A stretch of DNA of 32,000 nt, from the NCBI RefSeq assembly GCF_001457615.1, contig NZ_LN831024.1:60001-92000 (forward strand), in the 5' to 3' direction. Below the pieces are notes generated by a model. That model was not told the DNA's origin. It saw only the letters and a program-made list of their open reading frames with translations, and ran no database searches. The stretch comes from Pseudomonas aeruginosa. Its GTDB lineage: Bacteria > Pseudomonadota > Gammaproteobacteria > Pseudomonadales > Pseudomonadaceae. A program made the translations under genes and the position numbers. Below, in pieces: positions 17,346 to 26,917 of the stretch. Position 1 is the stretch's first letter. Each line of letters opens with the position of its first letter.

Positions 17346-18011
17346 TCAGTGGGATTCCAACACCTGCCGCAGGGCGGCGAGGTCGGCGCAGTAATGGGTC
17401 GGCTGGTGCGCGCGCAGTTCGTCTTCGCTGCCGAAGCCGTAGCCGACGCCGATGCAGGCGACACCGTTGCGGCTGGCGCCGAGCAGGTCGTGCATGCGGT
17501 CGCCGATCATCAGGCAATGCTCCGCTGCCAGGCCTTCGCTGTCGAGCAGATGGCGGATCAGTTCGTCCTTGTGCGTGCGCGTGCCGTCCAGCTCGCTGCC
17601 GTAGATCGCCTTGAAGTGACGGTCGAAGGCGAAGTGGCGGGCGATCTCGCGGGCGAACACGCCGGGCTTGCTGGTCGCGACGTAGAGCGTGTGGCCGCGT
17701 CCGACCAGGGCTTCGAGCAGCTCGGGAATGCCGTCGAACACGCGGTTCTCGTAGAGACCGGTGACCCTGAAGCGCTCGCGGTAGTGGTTCACCGCCTCCC
17801 AGGCGCGCGCTTCGTCGAAGCCGTAGGTCTGCATGAAGCACTGCAACAGCGGGGGGCCGATGAAGTGTTCCAGGCGCGCCAGGTCCGGCTCGTCGATGCC
17901 CAGGCGGGCGAGGGCGAACTGCACCGAGCGGGTGATGCCCTCGCGTGGGTCGGTGAGGGTGCCGTCGAGATCGAAGAGGATGTTCGGGTAGCGCAGCGTG
18001 GCGTCACGCAT
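17346..18011 (-). CDS. HAD-superfamily phosphatase (phosphoglycolate phosphatase-like)
   Basis: 221 aa; ILFDLDGTLTDP, LYVATSKP and CLMIGDRMHDLLGASRNG are HAD motifs I-IV. Confidence 0.93.
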   Translation of the reverse strand: MRDATLRYPNILFDLDGTLTDPREGITRSVQFALARLGIDEPDLARLEHFIGPPLLQCFMQTYGFDEARAWEAVNHYRERFRVTGLYENRVFDGIPELLEALVGRGHTLYVATSKPGVFAREIARHFAFDRHFKAIYGSELDGTRTHKDELIRHLLDSEGLAAEHCLMIGDRMHDLLGASRNGVACIGVGYGFGSEDELRAHQPTHYCADLAALRQVLESH

Positions 18012-18546
18012 GGTAGTCCTCGGCGATGTGCAGGTCCTTGAGCTTCACGTAGTTGCCGGCGGTGTAGGTGAAGAAGCCGCGCTCCTTGTCGCTCAGCGGA
18101 CGGGCCTTCTTCGCCGGGCTGCCGACGTAGAGGAAGCCGCTCTCCAGCACCTTGCCCGGCGGCACCAGGCTGCCGGCGCCGAGGATCACTTGGTCCTCGA
18201 TCACCGCGCCGTCCATGACGATCGAGCCCATCCCCACCAGCACCCGGTTGCCGATGCTGCAACCGTGCAGCAGGACCTTGTGCCCGACGGTCACTTCGTC
18301 GCCGATGCTCAGCGGAAAACCGTCCGGGTTGAAGGGGCCGGCGTGGGTGATGTGCAGCACGCTGCCGTCCTGGATGCTGCTGCGCTGGCCGATGCGGATG
18401 CGGTGCATGTCGCCGCGGATCACCACCAGCGGCCAGACCGAGCTGTCGGCGCCGATCTCGATGTCGCCGACGAGCACGGCCGAGGGATCGACGAAGACCC
18501 GCTCGCCGAGCAGTGGCGTTTTGCCCTGGTAGGAACGAATGGTCAC
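18004..18546 (-). CDS. Gamma-carbonic anhydrase-like (YrdA/PaaY) hexapeptide-repeat protein
   Basis: 180 aa; hexapeptide repeats, QDGSVLHITHAGPFN...VTVGHKVLLHGCSIGNRVLVGMGSIVMDGAVIED. Confidence 0.93.
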   Translation of the reverse strand: MTIRSYQGKTPLLGERVFVDPSAVLVGDIEIGADSSVWPLVVIRGDMHRIRIGQRSSIQDGSVLHITHAGPFNPDGFPLSIGDEVTVGHKVLLHGCSIGNRVLVGMGSIVMDGAVIEDQVILGAGSLVPPGKVLESGFLYVGSPAKKARPLSDKERGFFTYTAGNYVKLKDLHIAEDYHA

Positions 18547-18623
18547 GATAGTTTTCCTCAGGCTGCGGATGCCGCCGATTGTATTTAAGATGGTCGGGTA
18601 TTTCCTTAGCCAAGGTTGCCAAC

Positions 18624-20669
18624 GTGAGCGCGAATCCCCTTCTGCAGGCCTACGACCTGCCGCCTTTCTCCTCCATTCGCCCGGAACACGTGAAGCCGGC
18701 CATCGAGCGGATCCTCGCCGATAACCGCGCCGCCATCGCCCGCCTGCTGGAAACCCAGCGCGAGCAGCCGACCTGGAAGGGCCTGGTGCTGGCGATGGAC
18801 GAACTCAACGACCGTCTGGGCGCCGCCTGGAGTCCGGTCAGCCACCTCAACGCGGTGTGCAACAGCGCCGAGCTGCGCGAGGCCTACGAGGCCTGTCTGC
18901 CGGAGCTGTCGGCCTACTCCACCGAGCTGGGGCAGAACCGCGCCCTGTTCGAGGCCTACGAGGCGCTGGCGAAGAGCCCCGAGGCGGCCGGCTTCGACGT
19001 GGCCCAGAAAACCATCCTCGAACACGCCCTGCGCGACTTCCGCCTGTCCGGCATCGACTTGCCGGCGGACAAGCAGAAGCGCTATGCCGAGGTGCAGTCG
19101 CGCCTGTCCGAGCTGGGTAGCCGTTTCTCCAACCAGCTGCTCGACGCCACCCAGGCCTGGACCAAGCATGTCACCGACGAAGCCGCGCTGGCCGGCCTGA
19201 CCGATTCGGCCAAGGCCCAGATGAAGCAGGCCGCCGAGGCCAAGGGCCTGGACGGCTGGCTGATCAGCCTGGAGTTCCCCAGCTACTACGCGGTGATGAC
19301 CTATGCCGATGACCGCGCCCTGCGCGAAGAGGTATACGCCGCCTACTGCACCCGCGCCTCCGACCAGGGCCCGAACGCCGGGCAGAACGACAACGGTCCG
19401 GTGATGGAAGAGATCCTCGATCTGCGCCAGGAGCTGGCCGGCCTGCTCGGCTTCGCCAACTACGCCGAGCTGTCGCTGGCGACCAAGATGGCCGAGTCCA
19501 GCGACCAGGTGCTCAGCTTCCTCCGCGACCTGGCGGTGCGCAGCAAGCCGTTCGCCGCCCGCGACCTGGAGCAGCTGCGCGCCTACGCCGCCGAGCAGGG
19601 CTGCACCGAATTGCAGAGCTGGGACGCCGGCTACTACGCCGAGAAACTCCGCGAGGCGCGCTACAGCGTGTCCCAGGAGGCGCTGCGTGCCTACTTCCCG
19701 GTGGACAAGGTGCTTTCCGGCCTGTTCGCCATCGTCGAGCGCCTCTACGGCATCCAGATCCGCGAACTGCACGATTTCGAACGCTGGCACGCCGACGTAC
19801 GCCTGTTCGAGATCCTCGAGAACGGCGAGCACGTCGGCCGCTTCTACTTCGACCTCTATGCCCGCGCCAACAAGCGCGGCGGTGCCTGGATGGACGGCGC
19901 CCGCGACCGCCGGCGTGACGCCCAGGGCCGGCTGATCGACCCGGTGGCCTACCTGGTGTGCAACTTCACCCCGGCGGTGAACGGCAAGCCGGCGCTGCTG
20001 ACCCACGACGAGGTCACTACCCTGTTCCACGAGTTCGGCCATGGCCTGCACCACCTGCTGACCCGCGTCGAGCATGCCGCCGCCTCCGGGATCAACGGGG
20101 TGGCCTGGGACGCCGTCGAGCTGCCCAGCCAGTTCATGGAGAACTGGTGCTGGGAACCGGAAGGCCTGGCGCTGATCTCCGCCCACTACGAGACCGGCGA
20201 GGCGCTGCCGCAGGACCTGCTGGAGAAGATGCTGGCGGCGAAGAACTTCCAGTCCGGGATGATGATGGTCCGCCAGCTGGAGTTCTCCCTCTTCGACTTC
20301 GAGCTGCACGCCACCCACGGCGACGGCCGCAGCGTGCTGCAGGTGCTCGAGGGCATCCGCGACGAAGTGGCGGTGATGCGTCCGCCGGCGTACAACCGCT
20401 TCGCCAACAGCTTCGCGCACATCTTCGCCGGCGGCTACGCGGCCGGTTACTACAGCTACAAGTGGGCCGAGGTGCTGTCCGCCGATGCCTTCTCGCGTTT
20501 CGAGGAAGAAGGCGTGTTCAACCCCGATACCGGGCGCGCCTTCCGCGAGGCGATCCTGGCCCGCGGCGGCTCCCGCGAGCCGATGCTGTTGTTCGTCGAT
20601 TTCCGCGGTCGCGAGCCGTCCATCGACGCCCTGCTGCGTCACTCCGGGCTGGTCGGGGAGGCCGCATGA
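18624..20669 (+). CDS. prlC: Oligopeptidase A, M3 family
   Basis: 681 aa from GTG 18624; TLFHEFGHGLHHLLTR (HExGH zinc motif); full M3 peptidase sequence recognised. Confidence 0.96.
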   Translation: MSANPLLQAYDLPPFSSIRPEHVKPAIERILADNRAAIARLLETQREQPTWKGLVLAMDELNDRLGAAWSPVSHLNAVCNSAELREAYEACLPELSAYSTELGQNRALFEAYEALAKSPEAAGFDVAQKTILEHALRDFRLSGIDLPADKQKRYAEVQSRLSELGSRFSNQLLDATQAWTKHVTDEAALAGLTDSAKAQMKQAAEAKGLDGWLISLEFPSYYAVMTYADDRALREEVYAAYCTRASDQGPNAGQNDNGPVMEEILDLRQELAGLLGFANYAELSLATKMAESSDQVLSFLRDLAVRSKPFAARDLEQLRAYAAEQGCTELQSWDAGYYAEKLREARYSVSQEALRAYFPVDKVLSGLFAIVERLYGIQIRELHDFERWHADVRLFEILENGEHVGRFYFDLYARANKRGGAWMDGARDRRRDAQGRLIDPVAYLVCNFTPAVNGKPALLTHDEVTTLFHEFGHGLHHLLTRVEHAAASGINGVAWDAVELPSQFMENWCWEPEGLALISAHYETGEALPQDLLEKMLAAKNFQSGMMMVRQLEFSLFDFELHATHGDGRSVLQVLEGIRDEVAVMRPPAYNRFANSFAHIFAGGYAAGYYSYKWAEVLSADAFSRFEEEGVFNPDTGRAFREAILARGGSREPMLLFVDFRGREPSIDALLRHSGLVGEAA

Positions 20670-20941
20670 GCCCGGCGATCACCAGGAAGCGCTTCATCGC
20701 CGGGGCGGTCTGCCCGGCGTGCAGCGAACAGGACAAGATCCAGATGTGGGAAGAGGACGGCGTGCCGCACCGCGAATGCGTGGCCTGCGGCTACGCCGAC
20801 ACGCTCAACGCCCAGGGCCAGTCGATCCCGAAGGAGCTGGGTACGCGGGTCAACCAGAACGCGCCGAAGCCGGCCAACCCGAAGGTGCAGTCGGTGCAGT
20901 TCTTCCCCAATCCCAAGCTGAAGAAGAAGCCCGACGCCTGA
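20666..20941 (+). CDS. YheV family putative zinc-ribbon protein
   Basis: 91 aa; ITRKRFIAGAVCPACSEQDKIQMW...RECVACGYAD; 4-nt overlap with the prlC stop (PA0068-like). Confidence 0.9.
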   Translation: MSPAITRKRFIAGAVCPACSEQDKIQMWEEDGVPHRECVACGYADTLNAQGQSIPKELGTRVNQNAPKPANPKVQSVQFFPNPKLKKKPDA

Positions 20942-20990
20942 CCGCTCGCCGCCGACCGGCGGCGATGGCTGTGGGCCGGGGCCCGGTGCG

Positions 20991-21012
20991 ATACTGTATC
21001 CATATACAGTAT
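20991..21012. promoter_or_regulatory. LexA/SOS box upstream of the radical SAM gene
   Basis: ATACTGTAT-CCAT-ATACAGTAT: 9-bp perfect arms; core CTGTATCCATATACAG (CTG-N10-CAG) at 20994-21009, 20 nt upstream of the ATG. Confidence 0.85.
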
Positions 21013-21029
21013 TTCGCCGGGTTCCCCTC

Positions 21030-22088
21030 ATGAGCGCTCCCCTGCCCCCGCGCGGTCGCGGTACCGCTAGCAACCCCCTCAACCGCTTCGCCCCGACCCA
21101 CAGCGAGGCCTTCGACGATGGCTGGGAGCAGGACGTGCCGCCGATCCAGCTCACCGAGGTGCGCGAGGAGATCGCCCGCACGGTGATCTCCCGCAACCAG
21201 TCGCCGGACCTCCCTTTCGATCGTTCGATCAATCCCTACCGTGGTTGCGAGCATGGCTGCATCTACTGCTATGCGCGGCCCAGCCATGCCTATTGGGACC
21301 TCTCGCCGGGGATCGATTTCGAGACCCGGCTGATCGCCAAGAGCAACGTCGCCAGCGCGCTGGAGCAGGAACTGAGCAAGCCCGGCTATCGCTGCGCGCC
21401 GATCAACCTGGGCGCCAATACCGACCCCTACCAGCCGCTGGAGCGCGAACGCCGCCTGACCCGCCAGGTGCTGGAGGTGCTGCTGCGCTTCCGTCACCCG
21501 CTGACCATCGTCACCAAGGGCTCGCTGATCCTTCGCGACCTCGACCTGCTGCGCGAACTGGCGGAGCAGAACCTGGTGGCGGTGATGATCAGCCTGACCA
21601 CCCTCGACGACGAGCTGAAGCGCATTCTCGAACCGCGCGCGGCGGCGCCCTCGGCGCGACTGCGGGCGATCCGCACGCTCAGCGGCAACGGCATCCCGGT
21701 GGGCGTGCTCTGCTCGCCGATGATCCCGATGGTCAACGACATGGAGCTGGAGCGCCTGCTCCAGGCGGCGCGGGACGCCGGCGCGCGCAGCGCCGCGTAC
21801 ATGCTCCTGCGCCTGCCGCGCGAAGTCGGCCCGCTGTTCGAGGAATGGCTGGCGGCGCACTACCCGCAACGCGCCGAGCATGTGATGAGCCTGGTCCGCC
21901 AATGCCGTGGCGGCGAGGTCTACGACAGCCGCTTCGGCCACCGCTTTCGTGGCCAGGGACCGTTCGCCGACCTGCTGGCGCAGCGTTTCGCGGTGGCGAT
22001 GAAGCGCCTCGGGCTGGACCGCCGCGAGGGCTTCGGGCTGGATTGCAGCCGGTTCGCCGTGCCGGGGGCGCAGATGGCGTTGTTCTAG
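21030..22088 (+). CDS. Radical SAM protein, SplB-like (PA0069 family)
   Basis: 352 aa; YRGCEHGCIYCYARPSHAYWDLSPGIDFETRLIAKSNV; CxxxCxxC radical SAM cluster motif. Confidence 0.94.
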   Translation: MSAPLPPRGRGTASNPLNRFAPTHSEAFDDGWEQDVPPIQLTEVREEIARTVISRNQSPDLPFDRSINPYRGCEHGCIYCYARPSHAYWDLSPGIDFETRLIAKSNVASALEQELSKPGYRCAPINLGANTDPYQPLERERRLTRQVLEVLLRFRHPLTIVTKGSLILRDLDLLRELAEQNLVAVMISLTTLDDELKRILEPRAAAPSARLRAIRTLSGNGIPVGVLCSPMIPMVNDMELERLLQAARDAGARSAAYMLLRLPREVGPLFEEWLAAHYPQRAEHVMSLVRQCRGGEVYDSRFGHRFRGQGPFADLLAQRFAVAMKRLGLDRREGFGLDCSRFAVPGAQMALF

Positions 22089-22270
22089 CGTTTTCCCCGC
22101 GGTGCAGCATTTCGTATAGGGCGGAGTAGCGGCGGAGCGTGCCGGTGGCGATATCCGCCCTGCGGGAAGAACCGCTGCCGCCGGGAAGCCGGAAACGTCG
22201 GAAGCAGCCGTCCCGGCGAACGCTCGACCTTCAGGCCGGTCGGGTCAGCGCGCCAGCCCCCTCAACGAAA

Positions 22271-22290
22271 CGGCGACCCGAAGGTCGCCG
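22271..22290 (-). terminator. Rho-independent terminator at the end of the tag/T6SS operon
   Basis: Read on the minus strand: CGGCGACC-TTCG-GGTCGCCG-TTTCGTT. 8-bp perfect stem, UUCG tetraloop and a short T-rich tail, about 28 nt downstream of the tagQ1 stop (22318). Confidence 0.65.
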
Positions 22291-22317
22291 TCGCGTTCGT
22301 GCCGGTAACGAGGCCGA

Positions 22318-23232
22318 TCAGGCCTTGGCGCAGCTCGGCGGCGCCCAGTCGCCCATGTCCGGGCTGTTGCAGACTTCCCGGATCATGCCCTGGCCCTGGG
22401 AGGCCACCTTGTTGCCTTCGCTTTGCGCGTCCTGGGCCTTGCGGATGGTCTGCTCGGTGGCGACCGCTTCCTTCGGCACCTTGGGATTGCTGCCGGTCTT
22501 GGGCTTGCTGCCGCCTTTCGTAGTGCTGGCGCGGTTCTCGGCCTCGGCGACCTTGGTCACCTCGGCGCGCGGTACGCCGACCTGCTGCAGGTCTTTCTCG
22601 TAGGCCTGGGTGTAGTTGCTGATGTTCTCGCCGGCACGGCCGTTGGCGGCGACCAGCAAGGCGTTGGTCTCCTGCAGGCCGCTGACGATCTCGGCCAGGC
22701 GCTTGCGCCCTTCGGCTTCGTTGATCGACTTGTTCTTGCGACCGTCGAGCAGAGCCTTGAACTGGCTCTGGTAGCAGCTTTGCGCCGACTTGGCGTAGGC
22801 CACGCTACGGTTGATCTCGACGGTGCTGCGGTCGACGTCGGTACCGTAGGAGCCGATGCGCGCGCGGTCATCGCTGATCTGCTTCTGCTTCTCCATGTAG
22901 TAGCCCGCCGCGCCGCCGGCCAGGGCGCCGCCTGCGGCAGCGAGGGCGGCATTGCGGCCGCGGTTCTCGTCGCTGGCCAGGCCGCCGGCCAGGCCGCCCA
23001 GGAGGCCGCCGGTAATGGCGCCGGTGATGGCCGAATTGCGCACTGCGTTATCGGTGCTGCGCAGGTGCGACACCGGCTCGTAGCAGGACGGGTAGTATTC
23101 CGCGCGGGTGGTCTGGGCGACCGAGCCGACGCCGCTGCTGGCGCAGCCGCTGAGCAGCACGCCGCTGGCGGTCAACAGGCAGAGCGCGTAGCGCGCCGAG
23201 GTGATCAAACGGTTTTCGCTGGGTTGGCTCAT
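22318..23232 (-). CDS. tagQ1: TagQ1, T6SS outer-membrane lipoprotein
   Basis: 304 aa; lipobox VLLSGCASS; YYPSCYEPVSHLRSTDN and a glycine-zipper-like segment GAITGGLLGGLAGGLA. Syntenic with tagRST (PA0070). Confidence 0.92.
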   Translation of the reverse strand: MSQPSENRLITSARYALCLLTASGVLLSGCASSGVGSVAQTTRAEYYPSCYEPVSHLRSTDNAVRNSAITGAITGGLLGGLAGGLASDENRGRNAALAAAGGALAGGAAGYYMEKQKQISDDRARIGSYGTDVDRSTVEINRSVAYAKSAQSCYQSQFKALLDGRKNKSINEAEGRKRLAEIVSGLQETNALLVAANGRAGENISNYTQAYEKDLQQVGVPRAEVTKVAEAENRASTTKGGSKPKTGSNPKVPKEAVATEQTIRKAQDAQSEGNKVASQGQGMIREVCNSPDMGDWAPPSCAKA

Positions 23233-23293
23233 TGCATCTCACTCCTGGTTTGATGAACCGCCCGGCTGCCGAGAGGGGCCGGACGGAACTCCT

Positions 23294-25006
23294 TCAACGC
23301 CCGCTGGACGCGAGCAATTCCTTCAATACCGCCTCCGGCTCGGCCCGGTGCTGCTGGCGATAATCTCCGACGTGTTTGACGAACAGGGTCGCGCGCTTGA
23401 CCAGGCTCTTGCCCAGAACCGGGTTGCGATTGAGTTCTTCCTGGATGCGCTGGAACTGCGCCTGGATCACCGCGTCGGTGTAACGGGTGCCGGTGGCGAG
23501 GTTGTCGATGTAGATGGCCAATGCGCCATCGAGGGCGCTGCGCCCGTTGGCGATGGCGCCGGCATAGAGCTGGGCGGTCGCCTGATCCCTGGCTGCCACG
23601 GCTTTCTCCCTGTCCTTCTTGAGGTTGGTCAGGCGTATGTTGTAGTTGTTGATCGTCTCGGCGACCAGTGCCGCCGACTGTATCAGGTTTCCGGCGGCCT
23701 CTTCGCGCTGCCGGGCGATCAACGAAACGTTACGCTTGAGTTCCTCGTTTATCTGGGCCAACTGCGCCTGCATCTGCGGGTCGCGGGTGGCGGCAATGAT
23801 TCCGTCCAATTGCTTGGTGGGATCTTGAGCGTCATCGATGGCATCGGTCAATGCCGCTAGTCGGCCTTCCTTCTGCCACTGGGCGAACAGCTCGGGATAG
23901 CGCGAGCGCGGCGCGGACAGCGCGCCGATGGCGACACGGAAACCGGTGGTCTCGTTGCGCTGTTCGCTGCCGTCGGCGGCGAACAGCGGGTATTCGCGGC
24001 GCATCCCGGTGAATAGAGTCATCTCGCCTTCGAGATAGTTCCCGCCCTTCACCACGAAACCGCCATATGTGCCCTGCCGGCGACCGGCGTGGACCAGTTG
24101 GAAGGACTCCTGGACCATCTCCGCGGCATTGCCGATCACGTCGAACAGGCCCAGCGGGTTCGGCCGCTTCATCCCTACCGGCAACAGTCGCGCGGCCTGG
24201 CCGGTGCCGCCGGCGACCTGGTTGTACACCGCCCAGTCGCCCAGCGGGCCTTCCTGGTCGCTGCCCTCGACCTTGCGCGGGAACAGCCGGCCTTCCAGTT
24301 CCTGGCGGCTTACCGCCTGGCCGCCGCGCGCGGCGAACTCCCACTCGACCTCGGTGGGCAGGCGGACGAAGCCGATGCCGCCGTCCTCGGGATTCTTGCC
24401 GCGGCCGCTGACCGGCAGCAGTTCCGGGTGGTTCTTCAGCAGCCAGGCGCTGTACACCGCGCCGAAGCGTTCGGCGTCGAAGCGCGAGAGGTTGACCTTG
24501 GGCAGCCGCGCGGCCATCCCGTCCGGCACGTCGCAGGCCGGCGCCTCGCCCTGGCCGGAGAGCGCGGCCGCCTGGCTCATCACCGCGGCGTACTGGCGGG
24601 CGGTCACCTCGTACTTGCCGATGAAGTACAGCATCGGCTTCAGCGGGGTGCCGGCGGCAGGCTTCGGCAGGCTGGCGGAGAGCTTCTGCTGCCAGGCCGG
24701 TGCCAGGTCGGCGAGGCTGAACTGGCCGTTCACGTAGTCGCGCCGGTAGCCGGAGATGAACGACTGCTGGTAGCCCGCCTCGCCTTCGTTGAAGGCGTAG
24801 CCGAGGTTGACCTCGCGATCGTCGAGGGCGCCTTCGGCGAGTACGTAGACATGCCGGAAGACCATCTCGCCGCCACACGGCAGCGGCAGGGCGACGTCGT
24901 CGGCCAGCGGCTTGGGATTGTCCGGCGAGTCGCCTTCGGCCCAGGCCGGCGCGGCAAATGCCAGGCAGGCGCCGAGTGCGAGCGGAAGAATGGCTTTCTC
25001 AAACAT
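23294..25006 (-). CDS. tagR1: TagR1, periplasmic FGE/sulfatase-modifying-factor domain protein of the T6SS phosphorylation pathway
   Basis: 570 aa with signal peptide; FGE-like motifs LPTEVEWEFAARGG, GNAAEMVQESF and FVVKGGNYLEGE. Confidence 0.93.
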   Translation of the reverse strand: MFEKAILPLALGACLAFAAPAWAEGDSPDNPKPLADDVALPLPCGGEMVFRHVYVLAEGALDDREVNLGYAFNEGEAGYQQSFISGYRRDYVNGQFSLADLAPAWQQKLSASLPKPAAGTPLKPMLYFIGKYEVTARQYAAVMSQAAALSGQGEAPACDVPDGMAARLPKVNLSRFDAERFGAVYSAWLLKNHPELLPVSGRGKNPEDGGIGFVRLPTEVEWEFAARGGQAVSRQELEGRLFPRKVEGSDQEGPLGDWAVYNQVAGGTGQAARLLPVGMKRPNPLGLFDVIGNAAEMVQESFQLVHAGRRQGTYGGFVVKGGNYLEGEMTLFTGMRREYPLFAADGSEQRNETTGFRVAIGALSAPRSRYPELFAQWQKEGRLAALTDAIDDAQDPTKQLDGIIAATRDPQMQAQLAQINEELKRNVSLIARQREEAAGNLIQSAALVAETINNYNIRLTNLKKDREKAVAARDQATAQLYAGAIANGRSALDGALAIYIDNLATGTRYTDAVIQAQFQRIQEELNRNPVLGKSLVKRATLFVKHVGDYRQQHRAEPEAVLKELLASSGR

Positions 25007-26198
25007 CGCGTAATCCCTCTGCGGCTTCGATCCGCGCCGCGCGCCAGCCGCCGCTGGCGGCGGCCAGGACGCTGCACAGCAGCGTGGCGAGCAGCGCCGT
25101 CAGGTAGTGGCTGGGCAGCAGGCGGCAGACGAACTCGCCGCTCTGGTTGTCGAACAGGTGGTTCAGCGCGCCGGCCGTGGCGGCGTACAGCAGCCCGGCG
25201 AGGAACAGGCCGAAGACGGCGCTGAACAGCGCCAGGAGCATGACGAAGCCGACCAGCGCGGCGGTCGGGAAGCCCAGCAGACGCAGCACCGCCAGGGCGC
25301 GGCGCTTGCGTTCGACGGCGGCCAGGCTGCTGGCGGCGATGGCGGCGAAGGCACCGCCGATGGCCAGCGCGGCGACGATCCAGAACACCAGGCCGAGGTT
25401 GCGGCTGAGGCTGCGCACCTGGGCGATGGCCTCGGCCTGGGTGGCGACTTCCACGCCACTCGCGACGAAGTGCCGGCGCAGCCCTTCCACCGCATCGAGG
25501 TCGCGGGCGTACAGGCGGAAGCCCGGGTAGATGCGTGCGCGCGGGGTCTCGCCGGCCTTCCCCGGCCAGCCGTAGGCGGCCACCGCGCGACCGTCGCGAT
25601 AGTCCTCGGCGGCTTCCAGCAGGGCCAGCGGGGCGAACAGCGCGTCGCGGGCGAAACGCTCCTGCGGCAGCACCGCGAGCACATCCAGCTCCAGGCGCTG
25701 GCTCTGTGCCTGGCCATCCATGCGCCGGCCGATGCGCGCGACGATGCGCTCGCCAGGCTGGGCGCCGAGTTTTTCCGCGGCGCCGTGGCTGAGCACCACG
25801 CGGGTCGGCCGGTCGGGTTGCGGCAGGCCGGCCAGCAGCGGGTCGCCGGCGGCGCTGGGAATCATCTCGACGCTCAGGGCGGTCTCGCCGCCGCCGCTGA
25901 GGTCGGCGGTGGCGGCGATCTGCCGGGTGCGCGGCACGGCGAAGGCGACGTCCGCGCGTGCGGCCAGGGCGGCGATGTCCTCGGCACGGTAGCGGGCGCC
26001 GCCGACCGGAATGATCTCGCGCACAGAAGGCGCGCGCTCCAGCCGCTCGGTGAGGGTGCTGACCAGGCCGTACTTGAGGCCGAACAGCACCAGCAGCGGG
26101 GTGATCACCGCCGCCAGGGCGAAGATCGCGCAGAGCGACAGGCGCGCCTCGCCGCGGTAGTCGGCCCAGGCCAGCGAGAGCAGCAGGCCGGCGCGCAT
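24999..26198 (-). CDS. tagS1: TagS1, FtsX-like ABC permease
   Basis: 399 aa; FtsX-like TM arrangement, AIGGAFAAIAASSLAAVERKRRALAVLRLLGFP; 8-nt overlap with tagR1. Confidence 0.93.
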   Translation of the reverse strand: MRAGLLLSLAWADYRGEARLSLCAIFALAAVITPLLVLFGLKYGLVSTLTERLERAPSVREIIPVGGARYRAEDIAALAARADVAFAVPRTRQIAATADLSGGGETALSVEMIPSAAGDPLLAGLPQPDRPTRVVLSHGAAEKLGAQPGERIVARIGRRMDGQAQSQRLELDVLAVLPQERFARDALFAPLALLEAAEDYRDGRAVAAYGWPGKAGETPRARIYPGFRLYARDLDAVEGLRRHFVASGVEVATQAEAIAQVRSLSRNLGLVFWIVAALAIGGAFAAIAASSLAAVERKRRALAVLRLLGFPTAALVGFVMLLALFSAVFGLFLAGLLYAATAGALNHLFDNQSGEFVCRLLPSHYLTALLATLLCSVLAAASGGWRAARIEAAEGLRDV

Positions 26199-26917
26199 CA
26201 GCCAACTTCCTCGAGGCAGGCGCCGACGCTGTCGTCGGCCTCGCGTTGCCAGCGGATGGCCAGGACTTCCAGGCCGGCGGCGCGAGCCAGGCGTTCGTCG
26301 TGGGTGGCGACCACGGTGCAGGCGCCGCGCTCGCGGGCCTGCTCCACCAGCAGGCGCATCACCCGTTCGGCGTTCAGCGGGTCGAGCGCCGCGGTCGGCT
26401 CGTCGGCCAGCAACAGGCGCGGCGCATGCGCCAGGGCGCGAGCGATGGCGACCCGCTGGCGCTGGCCGACCGACAGCGCCGCCGGTTTCTTGTCCAGCTG
26501 GTCGCCGATTTCCAGCCGCTCGGCCAGCGCCTGTACGCGCTCGGCGGATGGGGCGCCGAGCAACGCGCAGGGCAGTCCGATGTTGCGCCGCACATCGAGG
26601 AACTCGAGCAACCCGCCGCTTTGCAGCACGTAGCCGCAGTGCTGCCGGCGCAGCGCCGCCAAGCGGTCCTGGCGGCCGTCGCGCCAGAGCGCGGCGATGT
26701 CCTGCGGGCGTTCCCCGGCGAGGAATTCGAAGCGCCCGCCCGGGTCCGGCGCCAGGGCCAGCGCCAGCAGGTCGAGCAGGGTGCTCTTGCCGCAGCCGCT
26801 GGGGCCGACGATGGCCAGCTGGCGACCCGCGCGCAATTCCAGCGCCGGCACCCGCAGGCGGTAGCGCTGGCGACCGGCGCCGTGGCTGCGGGCGACCTCG
26901 TGCAGGCGCAGGATCAT
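26198..26917 (-). CDS. tagT1: TagT1, ABC transporter ATP-binding protein
   Basis: 239 aa; Walker A GPSGCGKSTLL, signature LSVGQRQRVAIARAL, Walker B LLLADEPTAALD. Confidence 0.95.
   Translation of the reverse strand: MILRLHEVARSHGAGRQRYRLRVPALELRAGRQLAIVGPSGCGKSTLLDLLALALAPDPGGRFEFLAGERPQDIAALWRDGRQDRLAALRRQHCGYVLQSGGLLEFLDVRRNIGLPCALLGAPSAERVQALAERLEIGDQLDKKPAALSVGQRQRVAIARALAHAPRLLLADEPTAALDPLNAERVMRLLVEQARERGACTVVATHDERLARAAGLEVLAIRWQREADDSVGACLEEVG

Noticed and set aside
18606-20642. 678-aa minus-strand ORF antisense to prlC
   Set aside because: Mirror of the well-supported M3 peptidase gene; the translation has no family features.
22139-22603. 154-aa plus-strand ORF downstream of the radical SAM gene
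   Set aside because: It runs antisense into tagQ1 and is Arg/Pro/Ser-rich; judged a shadow ORF.
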